Positions 46,554 to 57,714 of a stretch of DNA of 64,000 nucleotides are shown piece after piece. Source of the stretch: Candidatus Aminicenantes bacterium. Its GTDB lineage: Bacteria > Acidobacteriota > Aminicenantia > UBA2199. The DNA lies in NCBI GenBank assembly GCA_963822075.1, contig CAWGGP010000001.1, forward strand, positions 366,331 to 430,330, read 5' to 3'. How positions within the stretch are numbered: position 1 is the stretch's first letter; the number at the start of each line of letters is the position of its first letter. Below the pieces are notes generated by a model. The model saw only the letters and a list, made by a program, of their open reading frames with translations. It was not told the origin of the DNA and did not search any database. The position numbers and the translations under genes are program-made.

Positions 46554-47579
46554 TTGAAAAACATCGCCATCATCCGCCTCTCCTCCCTGGGGGACATCGT
46601 GCACACCCTGCCGGCCTTCCAGGCGCTGCGCCGGCGCTTTCCCGACGCCCGCATCACCTGGATCGCCGAAGCGCCCGGAGCCGCGCTGCTCGAACATTTT
46701 CCGGGCATCGACCAGGTCGTGGCCTTCGACCTCAAGTCCCGGCGGGGCTTGCCGGCCCGGGTCTGCTACCTGGCGCGCTTCGTGCGCCGCTGGCGCGGCC
46801 GGTTCGACCTGGTGCTCGATTTCCAGGGATTGCTCAAATCGGCCCTGCTCGCTTTCCTGCTCGGCGGACGGCGCTTGGGGTTCGGCCGGCGCAACGCCCG
46901 CGAACCGCTGGCCGCGCTCTTCTATTCGCGCCGCGCCGCCCGCTTCCCGGAAAAGCGCCACGTGATCCATAAGAACCTCCACCTGCTTTCGCTGGCCGGG
47001 ATCTCCACGGCGGACGTGGAATACCCGCTGCGTGAGTGGCCGCCGTCCCCGGCGCTGGCCGATTTCCTCGGGCAAAGGGGCTGGCGCGGCGGGGAGTGGA
47101 TCATCCTCAACGTCGGCGGCGGCTGGCCCAGCAAAATACTGAACGCCGGGCAATGGCAGCGGATCGCCGCGGGCCTGGGCAACGACCCCCGCCTGGTGCT
47201 GCTCTGGGGCAACGAAAAGGAGAGGGAGACCGCCGAAGCCGTGGCCAGGCAAAGCGGCGCGGCGCTCGCCCCGTTCATGACGTTCGGCGACCTGCTCTAT
47301 TTCATCGCCCGGGCGCGGCTGGTCGTTTCCGCCGACACGCTGCCGCTGCACCTGGCGGACATGACGAGCACGCCCGCGGTGGGAATATTCGGGCCCAGTT
47401 CGCCCGAACGCAACGGCCCCCTATTCCCGGGAAGCCAGGCCGTCTTCCGCAGGCTGGACTGCAGCTTCTGTTACCGGCGCAGATGTGATACAATGGAGTG
47501 CCTGCATGACATTGTGATCGAAGACATCATCAAGGCGGCAAGAAGGATCGATGCGCAACGTGACCGAAGCCCTGATTAA
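46554..47579 (+). CDS. glycosyltransferase family 9 (LPS heptosyltransferase)
   Basis: ORF 46554..47579 with a TTG start. IRLSSLGDIVHTLPAFQAL and the C-terminal DTLPLHLA pattern are typical of WaaC/WaaF-type enzymes. Confidence 0.8.
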   Translation: MKNIAIIRLSSLGDIVHTLPAFQALRRRFPDARITWIAEAPGAALLEHFPGIDQVVAFDLKSRRGLPARVCYLARFVRRWRGRFDLVLDFQGLLKSALLAFLLGGRRLGFGRRNAREPLAALFYSRRAARFPEKRHVIHKNLHLLSLAGISTADVEYPLREWPPSPALADFLGQRGWRGGEWIILNVGGGWPSKILNAGQWQRIAAGLGNDPRLVLLWGNEKERETAEAVARQSGAALAPFMTFGDLLYFIARARLVVSADTLPLHLADMTSTPAVGIFGPSSPERNGPLFPGSQAVFRRLDCSFCYRRRCDTMECLHDIVIEDIIKAARRIDAQRDRSPD

Positions 47580-48114
47580 ATACCGCTCATTTTTAGGCAT
47601 TCTTTGCCTGGTCGTCGTGTTGTGGCTGGCCACGCCCACCGTCGGATCGATATCCATCGGCTTTTTTTTCATGATGATCGGCATGTTCTTCCGGGCCTGG
47701 TCCTCCGGCTACATCAACAAGGACAAGGAGCTGGCCACCGAAGGCCCCTATTCCCTTACCCGCAATCCCCTTTATTTCGGCAACCTGCTGCTCGGCGCCG
47801 GCATCGCCATCGCCAGCAACAACTGGCTCGCGGTCACCATCTGCGCCGTCTACTACGTTTCCTTTTTCACCTTTCTCATCGCCATTGAACGAAAGCGGAT
47901 GAAATCGCGGTTCGGCCCGCGTTACGAAGATTGGGCCAAGCGGGCCAACCTGTTCTTCCCCAGGATAAAGAAGATCGAAAAATTCAATTTCAACATCGCT
48001 TTTTACATGAAAAACCGGGAATACCGGGTTTTATTCTACTCGCTTTTCATCATCGCGGTGCTGGTCATCAAGTTTCTCAAGAAAATCGGCTTCATCGGCG
48101 GCTTCGGCAAGTGA
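47551..48114 (+). CDS. isoprenylcysteine carboxyl / phospholipid methyltransferase-family membrane protein
   Basis: ORF 47551..48114. The protein is polytopic and carries the GPYSLTRNPLYFG motif. Confidence 0.7.
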   Translation: MRNVTEALIKYRSFLGILCLVVVLWLATPTVGSISIGFFFMMIGMFFRAWSSGYINKDKELATEGPYSLTRNPLYFGNLLLGAGIAIASNNWLAVTICAVYYVSFFTFLIAIERKRMKSRFGPRYEDWAKRANLFFPRIKKIEKFNFNIAFYMKNREYRVLFYSLFIIAVLVIKFLKKIGFIGGFGK

Positions 48115-48140
48115 GGTTCTCCTATATTTTCCCTTTTAAA

Positions 48141-48169
48141 TTGATTTTTGCCGTTGATTTTGCTACTAT
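48141..48169 (+). promoter_or_regulatory. sigma70 promoter positioned for a leaderless transcript
   Basis: TTGATT (48141-48146), a 17-nt spacer, then TACTAT (48164-48169). The A of ATG 48176 is the 7th nt after the -10. Confidence 0.5.
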
Positions 48170-48175
48170 ATGACC

Positions 48176-49336
48176 ATGCGCAAGCTCAGGGTGGTCTTCA
48201 TTTCCAGCACGGTCCTCATCGCGATCGTCGCTTTCTTTTTGCTGAAAAACCCCGATCTTTCGTTCTCGGTCCCGGGCAACCGTTCCGGACCGGGCCCGGT
48301 CGGTTTCCAGGTCACCGGCATATCCGAAAAGGGCAATGTCTGGCTGGACAATGACGAGGCCCGGCCGGTGGATCTCAAGACCATGAATTTCGTTTCCGAG
48401 ACCCGGCTGCAATCCGACGCCCAGACCGCCTGGGAGTTTTTTTTCGACGGCTTTCTGTTCACCGCCCTGCCCGCCAGCGCCATCCATTACACCCCGCAGA
48501 CCCGGGAACTGATATTGGAAAAAGGGGAGTTTTACTGGGAACGAAAACTGTCCCCCCAGAAAGTCGAGATCTCGCTGTTCAAGGCGGGCAATATCTTCAC
48601 GCTTTCCAACGCCGGGCGCATCCGCCTGGGCGCCAATGCGCTGGAGATCTGGAATTATGCCGGGCAGCTCGATTTCGATCTCAACGGCAAGCTGTTTCAC
48701 CTGGATGAATTGCAATACCTGAACAGCCGGGACGGCGGCCGGCTGCCCGCGGCGGCCCTTTTCCCGGCGCCGCCGTTCGTTTCCCCCGAAGCCGAGACCA
48801 TCGCCTTGACCAATCCCAACGACACCATCATCCAGTTCAAGTGGAAGAACGTCCAGGGGGCGAGGGAATACGTCCTGAAGATCTATCCTTCGGCGTTGCG
48901 GGAAAACCTGCTGCTGAGCAAGGTGGTGGCGGACAACGCCGTCACCCTGGACATCATGCCCTTCAGCGAATACAGCGAACTGTACTGGGAAGTGGCCGCC
49001 TTCGATTCGGCGCGGCGCATCGATTCGGCGCCGGCGCGGATGGGCGTGATCACCATCAGCAGCTCGCTTTTGAAAAAAGGCCTGCTGCCCCAGCCGCCCC
49101 GCATCGAGGTCAGTTCCCTGTCGGTCAGCGGCGAGATGGTGCTGATCAAGGGCGGCAGCGACCCCAACGCCCAGCTTTTCATCGACGGGGCCGTGGTCAA
49201 GCTGGACGGCGAAGGCAAATTCATCCACACCATCTCCTACAAGAGCATCGGGGTCAAGGAAATCGTTTTCCGGGCGGTGGCGCCGTCGGGGCTGGAGGCC
49301 GTCCTGAAAAAGCAGGTGACCATTTTTGAGGAATAA
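48176..49336 (+). CDS. hypothetical membrane-anchored/secreted protein upstream of mreB
   Basis: In ORF 48170..49336, ATG 48176 is preferred because 48170 abuts the -10 hexamer. There is an N-terminal TM segment (VVFISSTVLIAIVAFFLL). The beta-rich remainder has no motif I recognise. Confidence 0.6.
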   Translation: MRKLRVVFISSTVLIAIVAFFLLKNPDLSFSVPGNRSGPGPVGFQVTGISEKGNVWLDNDEARPVDLKTMNFVSETRLQSDAQTAWEFFFDGFLFTALPASAIHYTPQTRELILEKGEFYWERKLSPQKVEISLFKAGNIFTLSNAGRIRLGANALEIWNYAGQLDFDLNGKLFHLDELQYLNSRDGGRLPAAALFPAPPFVSPEAETIALTNPNDTIIQFKWKNVQGAREYVLKIYPSALRENLLLSKVVADNAVTLDIMPFSEYSELYWEVAAFDSARRIDSAPARMGVITISSSLLKKGLLPQPPRIEVSSLSVSGEMVLIKGGSDPNAQLFIDGAVVKLDGEGKFIHTISYKSIGVKEIVFRAVAPSGLEAVLKKQVTIFEE

Positions 49337-49375
49337 ACTCGACGAGTGGCCGGAATTTTTTGAAGGAGCATGAAC

Positions 49376-50396
<1,021 letters not shown>

Positions 50397-50407
<11 letters not shown>

Positions 50408-51216
50408 TCCCGGGAAAAGCGAACTCAGCACTGAAAAAAAATCGGCGGTCCTGGTTTTGATCCTGTTCATCAACCTGATCCTGATCTCTTCGCAGATCAT
50501 GCTGAAAAACCGGCAATCGCTGCTGCAAACGGCGATCGCCAACATGGTCACCCCCCTGCAGCTCACCTTCCAGAGAGCCGTCCGATTTTCTCGGCGGCGA
50601 GCTGGACCGCTATGTCTTCGTGCGCGGGATCTTCAAGAAATACCAGCGGCTCAAAGAGAAGCAACTGGAGCTGCGCATCGAGAATTATACGCTGCGCCGT
50701 GACCTCCGCGACCTGAAAGTGCTGGCCGGGGCGCGGGGGAAATTCGTCAATTTCCGGATGGCCACCGTGATCTCGGTGGACATCAATTTCCCCTACGCTT
50801 CCCTGATGATCGACCAGGGGACGCGCGCCGGCCTGGTGGAGAACAACGTGGTGCTGAACACCGACGCCGAACTGGTGGGCAAGATCGTCAGGCCGCTGAC
50901 CGCCTTCTCGGCCCGGGTGCGCCTGATCACCAGCTCCATCGGCGGCACCGGGGCCTACATCGAGAGCAACATGATGGAAGGACTGCTCAAGGGCGACAAC
51001 CGGGCGGAATGCAGCTTCCAATACCTCCTGGCCAACAAGCCGGTGCAGCTGGGAGACAAGGTGATCACGTCCGGGAGCGACCTTCTCTATCCCAATTACC
51101 TGCCGATCGGGAAGGTGACCAGGATCGGCAAGGATTATTTGACCCAACAGGTCTCGGTGCGGCCGTTCTTCGTGGACAAGCCCCTGAAAAAACTGGTGGT
51201 CCTGCTCAATGAATAA
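50397..51216 (+). pseudogene. mreC: rod shape-determining protein MreC, disrupted
   Basis: The N-terminal TM and coil are in ORF 50322..50702 from ATG 50397. The rest is in ORF 50620..51216 (coiled coil, then the beta domain ...VITSGSDLLYPNYLPIGKV). The frame change lies near 50580; removing one C from GTCCGA restores AVDFLGGELD. Confidence 0.8.
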
Positions 51217-51682
51217 CCGCACCCGCAACCTCCTCTTCATCCTGCTGGTCGTCGGCCAGTTCGCTATCGCCCGCTATTACCAGCAGCTGCGCTTCAGCGT
51301 CGACCTGCTGTACCTGATCATCTTCTATATCGCCGTCAAATCGGGATTCATGCCGACCATCCTCAGCGCCACCTTCATCGGCCTGTGCACCGACTACCTG
51401 TCCGGCGGGGTCATCGGCGTTTTTTCCTTTTCGCGCACCCTGGCCGCCTATTTTTTGAACGCCCTGGCCCGGTTCCTGGACCTCAAGAAAAACATTTTCA
51501 TTTTCCTGCTGATCCTCATTTCCCTGTTCTTTTCCAACCTGGTGGCCTTCGTCTTCCATGTCCTGATCTTCAAATTGAAGATCACGGCCAGCCTCCTGCT
51601 TTTCCAGCCCCTGTACACCGCCGCGATCGGCACGGTCATCCTGGGGTCGAAAAAAGCCAAATCCCTGCTGGATGTATCTTAG
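51209..51682 (+). CDS. mreD: rod shape-determining protein MreD
   Basis: ORF 51209..51682. It is a small polytopic protein in the canonical position between mreC and mrdA. Confidence 0.75.
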   Translation: MNNRTRNLLFILLVVGQFAIARYYQQLRFSVDLLYLIIFYIAVKSGFMPTILSATFIGLCTDYLSGGVIGVFSFSRTLAAYFLNALARFLDLKKNIFIFLLILISLFFSNLVAFVFHVLIFKLKITASLLLFQPLYTAAIGTVILGSKKAKSLLDVS

Positions 51683-53489
51683 CAAAAGGAAGCTGAGCGC
51701 CGAGTACGTCAAAAGGGCGTCGTTCATTTCCACCATTTTCCTGATCGTTGTCTTTACCGGGTTCTTCGTGGCTTTCTGGAGCATCCAGATCGTCAACCAT
51801 GAAAAGTATCTGCAGCTGGCCATCCAGAACATCACCCGCATGGTCGAACTGCCGGCGCCGCGGGGGATGATCTTCGACCGTTCCGGGGCGCTGCTCGCCG
51901 AGAACAAGATCAATTTCACCCTGTACCTTGTCCGGGAGAACGTGGGCAACCTGGAAAAAACCATCGCCCGGGCCAGTTTCTTTTCGGGAAAAACCGTCGC
52001 CGATATCCGCAAGATCATCGAAACATACGATAAGTACGCCTCCTTTTACCGCATCCCCATCAAAAGCAACCTGCCCCGGGGCACGGTCATTTTCATCCAG
52101 AGCCGGCAGGACGAATTCCCCGAGTTCGAGATCGGCATGGAGCCCAGCCGCACCTACCCCCTGGCCGACCGCGCCGCCCATGTCCTTGGCTATATTTCCG
52201 AGATCACCGAAGATGAACTGAACGCCGGCTCCCCGGGCACCTACGGCCTCGGGGATTTCGTCGGCCGCAGCGGCGTCGAAAAACAGTACGAGAAATTCCT
52301 GCAGGGGCGGAAAGGCAGCCAGACCGTGATCAAGAACAACGTGGAAAAGATCCAGCAGATCAACTCCGAGATCAAGCCCGAGATCGGCGATTCCGTCTAT
52401 CTCACCCTGGACCTCAAGCTGCAGGAATTCGTCGAGAACCTGCTGGCCGGCGAGAACGGCGTGGTCGGGGTCCTGGACCTGGCCAGCGGCGGGATCCTGG
52501 CCCTGGTCAGCAAGCCCGCCTTCGACCCCGAGGTCTTCTCGCAGGAGATGGCCCCGGAGGAGTGGCAGGCGATCAGCACGGATCCGCAGAAGCCGCTGCA
52601 GAATAAATTCCTGCAGGGGATCTATTCTCCGGGTTCCGTTTTCAAGATCATCATGGCCCTGGCCGGGCTGCAGGAAAAACTGATCACGCCGGCGACGACC
52701 GTGCATTGCACGGGCAGCCAGGTCTTTTACGACCGCGTTTTCCATTGCTGGAAACCGGGCGGCCACGGCACGGTGAACCTTTTCACGGCCCTGGAGAATT
52801 CCTGCAATATTTACTTTTACAACCTCGGCAGGAAAATGGACATCGATACCATCGCCCGCTACGCCCGCCTCATGGGCCTGGGGGCCCCGAGCGGCATCGA
52901 CCTGCCCAACGAGAACAGCGGGCTCATTCCCGGCAGCGCCTGGAAGATGAACACGTTCCACCAGCGCTGGTTCCCGGGCGAGACCATCTCGGTGGCCATC
53001 GGCCACGGCAGCATGAACGTCACCCCGGCGCAGCTGCTGAAAATGATCGCCACCGTCGCCCTGCGCGGGCGCATGCCGAAACTGCACGTGCTGCAGCGGA
53101 TCGAACGGCGGGGGAAAACGATCAAGGAATTCGCCCCGGAATTCACCCGGGTGCCCATCGCCGAGGAGAATTTCGAGCGGGTCATCGAGGGCCTGTTCCG
53201 CGTGGTGAACGGCGAGGGGACCGGCCGGGCGGCCCGCATACCCGGGCTGGACATCTGCGGCAAGACGGGCACGGGCCAGATCCTCGCCAAGGACAATCCC
53301 CGCTACAAGACCCTGACCCAGGAGAAACGATTCATGCCCAATTCCTGGTTCGTTTCCTTCGCCCCCAGGCAAAACCCGAAGCTGGCCGTGGTGGTCCTGG
53401 TGGAGAACGGCGGCGACGCCGGGGCGATCGCGGCGCCGCTGGCGGCCCAGATCTACAAAAAATATTTGGAAAATGAGAGATTACTTTAA
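51672..53489 (+). CDS. mrdA: penicillin-binding protein 2 (elongasome transpeptidase)
   Basis: ORF 51672..53489. It has the SPGSVFK (SxxK), SCN (SxN) and KTGTG motifs. Confidence 0.9.
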   Translation: MYLSKRKLSAEYVKRASFISTIFLIVVFTGFFVAFWSIQIVNHEKYLQLAIQNITRMVELPAPRGMIFDRSGALLAENKINFTLYLVRENVGNLEKTIARASFFSGKTVADIRKIIETYDKYASFYRIPIKSNLPRGTVIFIQSRQDEFPEFEIGMEPSRTYPLADRAAHVLGYISEITEDELNAGSPGTYGLGDFVGRSGVEKQYEKFLQGRKGSQTVIKNNVEKIQQINSEIKPEIGDSVYLTLDLKLQEFVENLLAGENGVVGVLDLASGGILALVSKPAFDPEVFSQEMAPEEWQAISTDPQKPLQNKFLQGIYSPGSVFKIIMALAGLQEKLITPATTVHCTGSQVFYDRVFHCWKPGGHGTVNLFTALENSCNIYFYNLGRKMDIDTIARYARLMGLGAPSGIDLPNENSGLIPGSAWKMNTFHQRWFPGETISVAIGHGSMNVTPAQLLKMIATVALRGRMPKLHVLQRIERRGKTIKEFAPEFTRVPIAEENFERVIEGLFRVVNGEGTGRAARIPGLDICGKTGTGQILAKDNPRYKTLTQEKRFMPNSWFVSFAPRQNPKLAVVVLVENGGDAGAIAAPLAAQIYKKYLENERLL

Positions 53490-54543
53490 ATATTTCGACA
53501 AGCTTACGTTCTTCCTGCTGCTGCTGCTGCCGGTCATCGGCATATTCCTGATCTACAGCGCCGGCCATTCCACCCAGGAGACCCATTATCTGAAGCAGGC
53601 GGCCTGGCTGCTGTTTTCCATCCTGGCTTTCTTCGTCGTCTTCTCGCTGAAGATCGATTTTGTCTTCCGCAAGGCATTCGCGGTATACCTGGGGCTGATC
53701 GTTCTCCTGGCCCTGCAGATCGTCATGGGCGCCACGGTGGCCCGGACCAAGAGCTGGTTCCGCTTCTGGGGCATCGGGCTCCAGTTCTCGGAATTCGTCA
53801 AGGTGCCCCTGGCCCTCTTCCTGGCCAAGACCCTGACCCAGTTCGAAAGGATCGACGGCAGGATCTTCTTCAAATTGATGGCCATCATCGTCCTGCCCGT
53901 GGTCCTGATCGTCCTCCAGCCCGACATGGGGGTCTCCTTCATCCTCTGCGCCTTCATCCCGCTGGTCATCCTGTTGAAGAAAGTCAGGCCGGCGGTGCTG
54001 ATCGTCTCCGTCCTGCTGGTGGCTTCGAGCGGCGTCATCGGCTGGCATTCCGTCTTGAAACCGTACCAGAAGGGCCGCATCGTTTCCTTCCTGAACCCGT
54101 CCGCGTACAAGAGCTCGACCGGCTACCACATCATCCAGTCCAAGATCGCCATCGGTTCGGGCGGCCTGAACGGCAAGGGCTACCTGCAGGGTTCGCAGTC
54201 CAAGTACCAGTTCCTGCCGGCCCGGCACACCGATTTCATCGTCTCGGTCGTCGGCGAGGAATTCGGCTTCATCAATACCAGCATCCTGTTCTTCATATTC
54301 TTTTTCATTTTTTATCGCCAATTCAGGTTCAATTTCCAGAATGACGAGGAATTCTATTTCGTCTACCTTTTCAACGGCCTGATCCTGTTCCAGTTCATGG
54401 TCAACGTGGCGATGGCGATCGGTTTTTTCCCGGTGCTGGGGATATCCCTGCCCTTCGTTTCCTACGGCGGCTCATCGCTTCTTTCGTTCTTCATCGGTGA
54501 AGCCATCATCTTCCGCATCAAGATCAACAATTACCTGGCATGA
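53473..54543 (+). CDS. rodA: SEDS-family peptidoglycan polymerase RodA
   Basis: ORF 53473..54543. The FtsW/RodA pattern is present (HTDFIVSVVGEEFGF, SYGGSS) and it lies next to mrdA. Confidence 0.9.
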   Translation: MRDYFKYFDKLTFFLLLLLPVIGIFLIYSAGHSTQETHYLKQAAWLLFSILAFFVVFSLKIDFVFRKAFAVYLGLIVLLALQIVMGATVARTKSWFRFWGIGLQFSEFVKVPLALFLAKTLTQFERIDGRIFFKLMAIIVLPVVLIVLQPDMGVSFILCAFIPLVILLKKVRPAVLIVSVLLVASSGVIGWHSVLKPYQKGRIVSFLNPSAYKSSTGYHIIQSKIAIGSGGLNGKGYLQGSQSKYQFLPARHTDFIVSVVGEEFGFINTSILFFIFFFIFYRQFRFNFQNDEEFYFVYLFNGLILFQFMVNVAMAIGFFPVLGISLPFVSYGGSSLLSFFIGEAIIFRIKINNYLA

Positions 54544-56969
54544 ACGCCAACGAGTTCCTCGGCCTGCTGAAGAATCCCCAGGCCTATGTCGGCCGCGAGA
54601 TCAACTCCTGCCGCCGGCCCTTCGACCGCCGCGAGGTCAACGTCTGCCTGGTCTTCCCCGACACCTACGCCATCGGCATGAGCCACGCCGGGGTGAAGAT
54701 CCTTTACCATCTGCTCAACGGCCTGGACGGCGTGCACGCCGAAAGGGCGTTCCTGCCCGAAGCGGAGAACATCCCGGTCTTCAAGGAGCACGGCCGGGAA
54801 TTGTTTTCGCTGGAAAACAAGGTGCCGTTGAAGGAGTTCGACCTGGTCGGGTTCTCGCTGGCGAGCGAACTCAATTTCACCAACGTGCTGCAGGTCCTGG
54901 AGATGAGCGGCTTGCCGCTGCTTTCCGCCCGGCGCCGGGAGGACACCCCCATCGTGGCGGCCGGCGGCATCGCCGTGGCCAACCCCGAGCCCCTGCGCTC
55001 GTTCATCGATCTTTTCGCCTTCGGCGACGGCGAAGTCCTTTTCCCCGACCTGATCGACGTCCTGAAAAAGGCGCGCCGGGAAAAAATGGACCGGGACGGG
55101 GTGCTGCGCGAGTTCGACCGCGTGGACGGGGTCTATGTGCCCAGCCTCTATCCCCTGAAAAAAAAGGGCGCTTTTGTCGTTCCCGACCTGGGGGGCAAAA
55201 AGGTCCGCAAGCGGGTTTGCCCCGACCTGGACCGGGTGCGGGCCGAGCCGGCCGAGATCGTGCCGATCTGCGACGTGGTCTTCAACCGCCTGAACGTCGA
55301 GATCGCCCGCGGCTGCCCGCAGAATTGCCGCTTTTGCCAGGCCAAATCCTATTACGCCCCCTTCCGCTGCCGCGCCCCCCAGCCCACTCTCGATTTCATC
55401 AAAGGCTCGCTGGCCGCCACCGGCTACGAGACCTTTTCCCTGGCCTCGTTGAGCTCCGGCGATTACCCGCACCTGCCGGAGCTGCTGCGCCGCATCCCCG
55501 CCGCCATCCAGCCCGACATCTCCTTCTCCGTCCCGTCGCTGCGCCCCGCCACCCTGAGCGACGAGCTGCTTTCCACGCTGGCCATGTTCCGCAAAACCGG
55601 CATCACCATCGTCCCCGAGGCCGGCAGCGAGCGCCTGCGCCGGGTGATCAACAAGAACGTGACCGACGCCGAGATCTTCCAGGCCCTGGATACCGCCTGG
55701 GCGCATGGCTGGCAGAAGGTCAAGATGTATTTCATGATCGGCCTGCCGGGCGAGTCCATGGCCGACATCGAAGCCATCGCCCTGCTGCTGGAAAAGATCC
55801 TGGCCACGGCCCGGGCGCGGGGGGCGAGGGTCGCGATCCATGCTTCCTTCTCCTCCTTTGTGCCCAAGCCGCATACGCCGCTGCAGTGGGCGGCGCGGGA
55901 GGCGGTCGCCGTCCTGGAAGACAAGGTGGCTTTTTTGAAAGGCCGGCTGAAGCGCCATAAGAACCTCGACCTGGATTTTCATGCCACCGGGCGCGGCATG
56001 ATCGAGACCATCCTGGCCCGCGGCGACGCCCGCGTCGGCGAGCTTTTGCTGGAGGTTTTCCGCCGCGGGGAGATATTCACCGCCTGGGACGCCCATTTCC
56101 ACCTGCCGGTCTGGGAGGAAGCGCTCGGCGTTCTGGACGGCGCCGATTTTCTTTCCGAGCTGCCCCTGGACGCGGAGCTTCCCTGGGATTTCATCGAGTT
56201 GAATTTCCACAAGCGCTACCTCGCCGACGAATACCGCCGCAGCCGCGCCAGTGAGCCGACCCGCCCCTGCGCCGAGCTGGATTGCGCGGACTGCAGCGGC
56301 TGCGCCTTCGGCCAAAAGGGATCCGCGCCCGCGGCCTGGGCGGGCGCGGCGGGGCCGGCGGCCCGGCCTCCGGCCAGTTACCGGCGGCTGCGCCTTTTTT
56401 ACGAAAAAAAAGACGGCATGCGCTTCCTGTCGCACCTGGCGATGATGCAGTACCTGGAACGGCTGCTGCGCAAGTCGGGACTGCTGTTCAAATACAGCGA
56501 GGGCTTCCATCCGCGCATCAAGATGGCCGCCCTGCCCCCGCTGCCCGTCGGCGCCGAAGGGCTGGCCGAGGTGATCGAGGTCGCGGTGGCCGGCGAATGG
56601 CAGGCCGAGGAGATCCTGGCGGCCCTGAACCGGGCGGCGGAGGATTTCCGCTTCGCCAAAGCCGTTTTCGTTCCCGGCCCGCTCTCGTTCCACAAGGACC
56701 TGCAGTTCCTTGAATTCCACTTTTCCTGGCCCTCTCAACGGGGAATCGTTCAGGACCCGGGACGTGATGCCGCAGGGAGCGAGGACATCGCGGCGCTCCT
56801 CTCCGCCGGCGACAGCTACCGTTATTCCGCCGCGGGGCTGGAACTGAAAATGGATTTCGCCCACCAGGGCCAGGAGCGCTTTGCCCGCATCTACCGGCTG
56901 CTGGACCCCGAGCGGCGCTGGACCGACCGCTTGCGCCGGACCGCGGTCGTTTTTAAGAATGAAAATTGA
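54540..56969 (+). CDS. radical SAM protein (B12-binding-like N-domain, TIGR03960-type) fused to DUF2344/TIGR03936-type C-domain
   Basis: ORF 54540..56969. It has the CPQNCRFC (CxxxCxxC) cluster motif, and a C-terminal part starting about ..YRRLRLFYEKKDGMRFLSHL. The start overlaps the rodA stop. Confidence 0.75.
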   Translation: MNANEFLGLLKNPQAYVGREINSCRRPFDRREVNVCLVFPDTYAIGMSHAGVKILYHLLNGLDGVHAERAFLPEAENIPVFKEHGRELFSLENKVPLKEFDLVGFSLASELNFTNVLQVLEMSGLPLLSARRREDTPIVAAGGIAVANPEPLRSFIDLFAFGDGEVLFPDLIDVLKKARREKMDRDGVLREFDRVDGVYVPSLYPLKKKGAFVVPDLGGKKVRKRVCPDLDRVRAEPAEIVPICDVVFNRLNVEIARGCPQNCRFCQAKSYYAPFRCRAPQPTLDFIKGSLAATGYETFSLASLSSGDYPHLPELLRRIPAAIQPDISFSVPSLRPATLSDELLSTLAMFRKTGITIVPEAGSERLRRVINKNVTDAEIFQALDTAWAHGWQKVKMYFMIGLPGESMADIEAIALLLEKILATARARGARVAIHASFSSFVPKPHTPLQWAAREAVAVLEDKVAFLKGRLKRHKNLDLDFHATGRGMIETILARGDARVGELLLEVFRRGEIFTAWDAHFHLPVWEEALGVLDGADFLSELPLDAELPWDFIELNFHKRYLADEYRRSRASEPTRPCAELDCADCSGCAFGQKGSAPAAWAGAAGPAARPPASYRRLRLFYEKKDGMRFLSHLAMMQYLERLLRKSGLLFKYSEGFHPRIKMAALPPLPVGAEGLAEVIEVAVAGEWQAEEILAALNRAAEDFRFAKAVFVPGPLSFHKDLQFLEFHFSWPSQRGIVQDPGRDAAGSEDIAALLSAGDSYRYSAAGLELKMDFAHQGQERFARIYRLLDPERRWTDRLRRTAVVFKNEN

Positions 56970-57714
56970 GATCTCGTCCCGGGCCAACCCGCGCCTGAAA
57001 GAGCTGCTGGCCGCCAGGGACGATCTGTTCTTTTTCGCGGGCGAGAAACTGGTCCGCGACATCCTGTCCCGCCGGCGGACGGTGGACAAGCTGCTCGTGC
57101 GCGCCGACGCGGAAAAGGATCTGCCCGGGATCGCCGCCGCGGTCGCCGAGTACTGGCGGGTGACCCCTGCCGTGATGGAAAAAGTTTCCGGGATGAAGAG
57201 CCCGCCGACCCTGGTCGCCGTCATGCGCCTGCCCGCGGCCGAGATCGATTTCCGCCTCCGGCCGCTCACCGTGGGTCTGGTCGACGTCCAGGACCCCGGC
57301 AACGTGGGGACGGTGTTCCGCTGCGCCTCGGCGTTCGGCGTTTCGGCGCTGGCCCTGGCCGGGAGCTGCGCGCGCCCCAACCATCCCAAGGTCGTCCGCG
57401 GCGCCCAGACGGCCCTCCTTGACGTCTCCTTCCAGGAGTTCCCCGGCGCGGACGAATTGGTCGCCAGGGCCCTGGCCCAGGGTGCCCGGGTGTACGTGAC
57501 CGGCTCGCACCCCGGGAAGGCCTCCGTGCCCCTGGCGGCGCTGGAACGCCCCTGCCTGGTGCTTTTCGGCAGCGAGGGCCGGGGGCTGCCGCCGGCGCTG
57601 CTCGAACGCTTCCCGCTGGTCCGCCTGGAGCAGGAAGAGCGCATCGATTCGCTCAACGTCGCCGTCAGCGCCTGCATCCTGATGCACGAGCTGCGGCGGC
57701 GGCCCGGCCCGTGA
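56959..57714 (+). CDS. TrmH/SpoU-family RNA 2'-O-methyltransferase
   Basis: Within ORF 56881..57714, starting at ATG 56959. It has the SPOUT motifs VQDPGNVGTVFR, LFGSEGRGL and SLNVAVS. Confidence 0.8.
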   Translation: MKIEISSRANPRLKELLAARDDLFFFAGEKLVRDILSRRRTVDKLLVRADAEKDLPGIAAAVAEYWRVTPAVMEKVSGMKSPPTLVAVMRLPAAEIDFRLRPLTVGLVDVQDPGNVGTVFRCASAFGVSALALAGSCARPNHPKVVRGAQTALLDVSFQEFPGADELVARALAQGARVYVTGSHPGKASVPLAALERPCLVLFGSEGRGLPPALLERFPLVRLEQEERIDSLNVAVSACILMHELRRRPGP

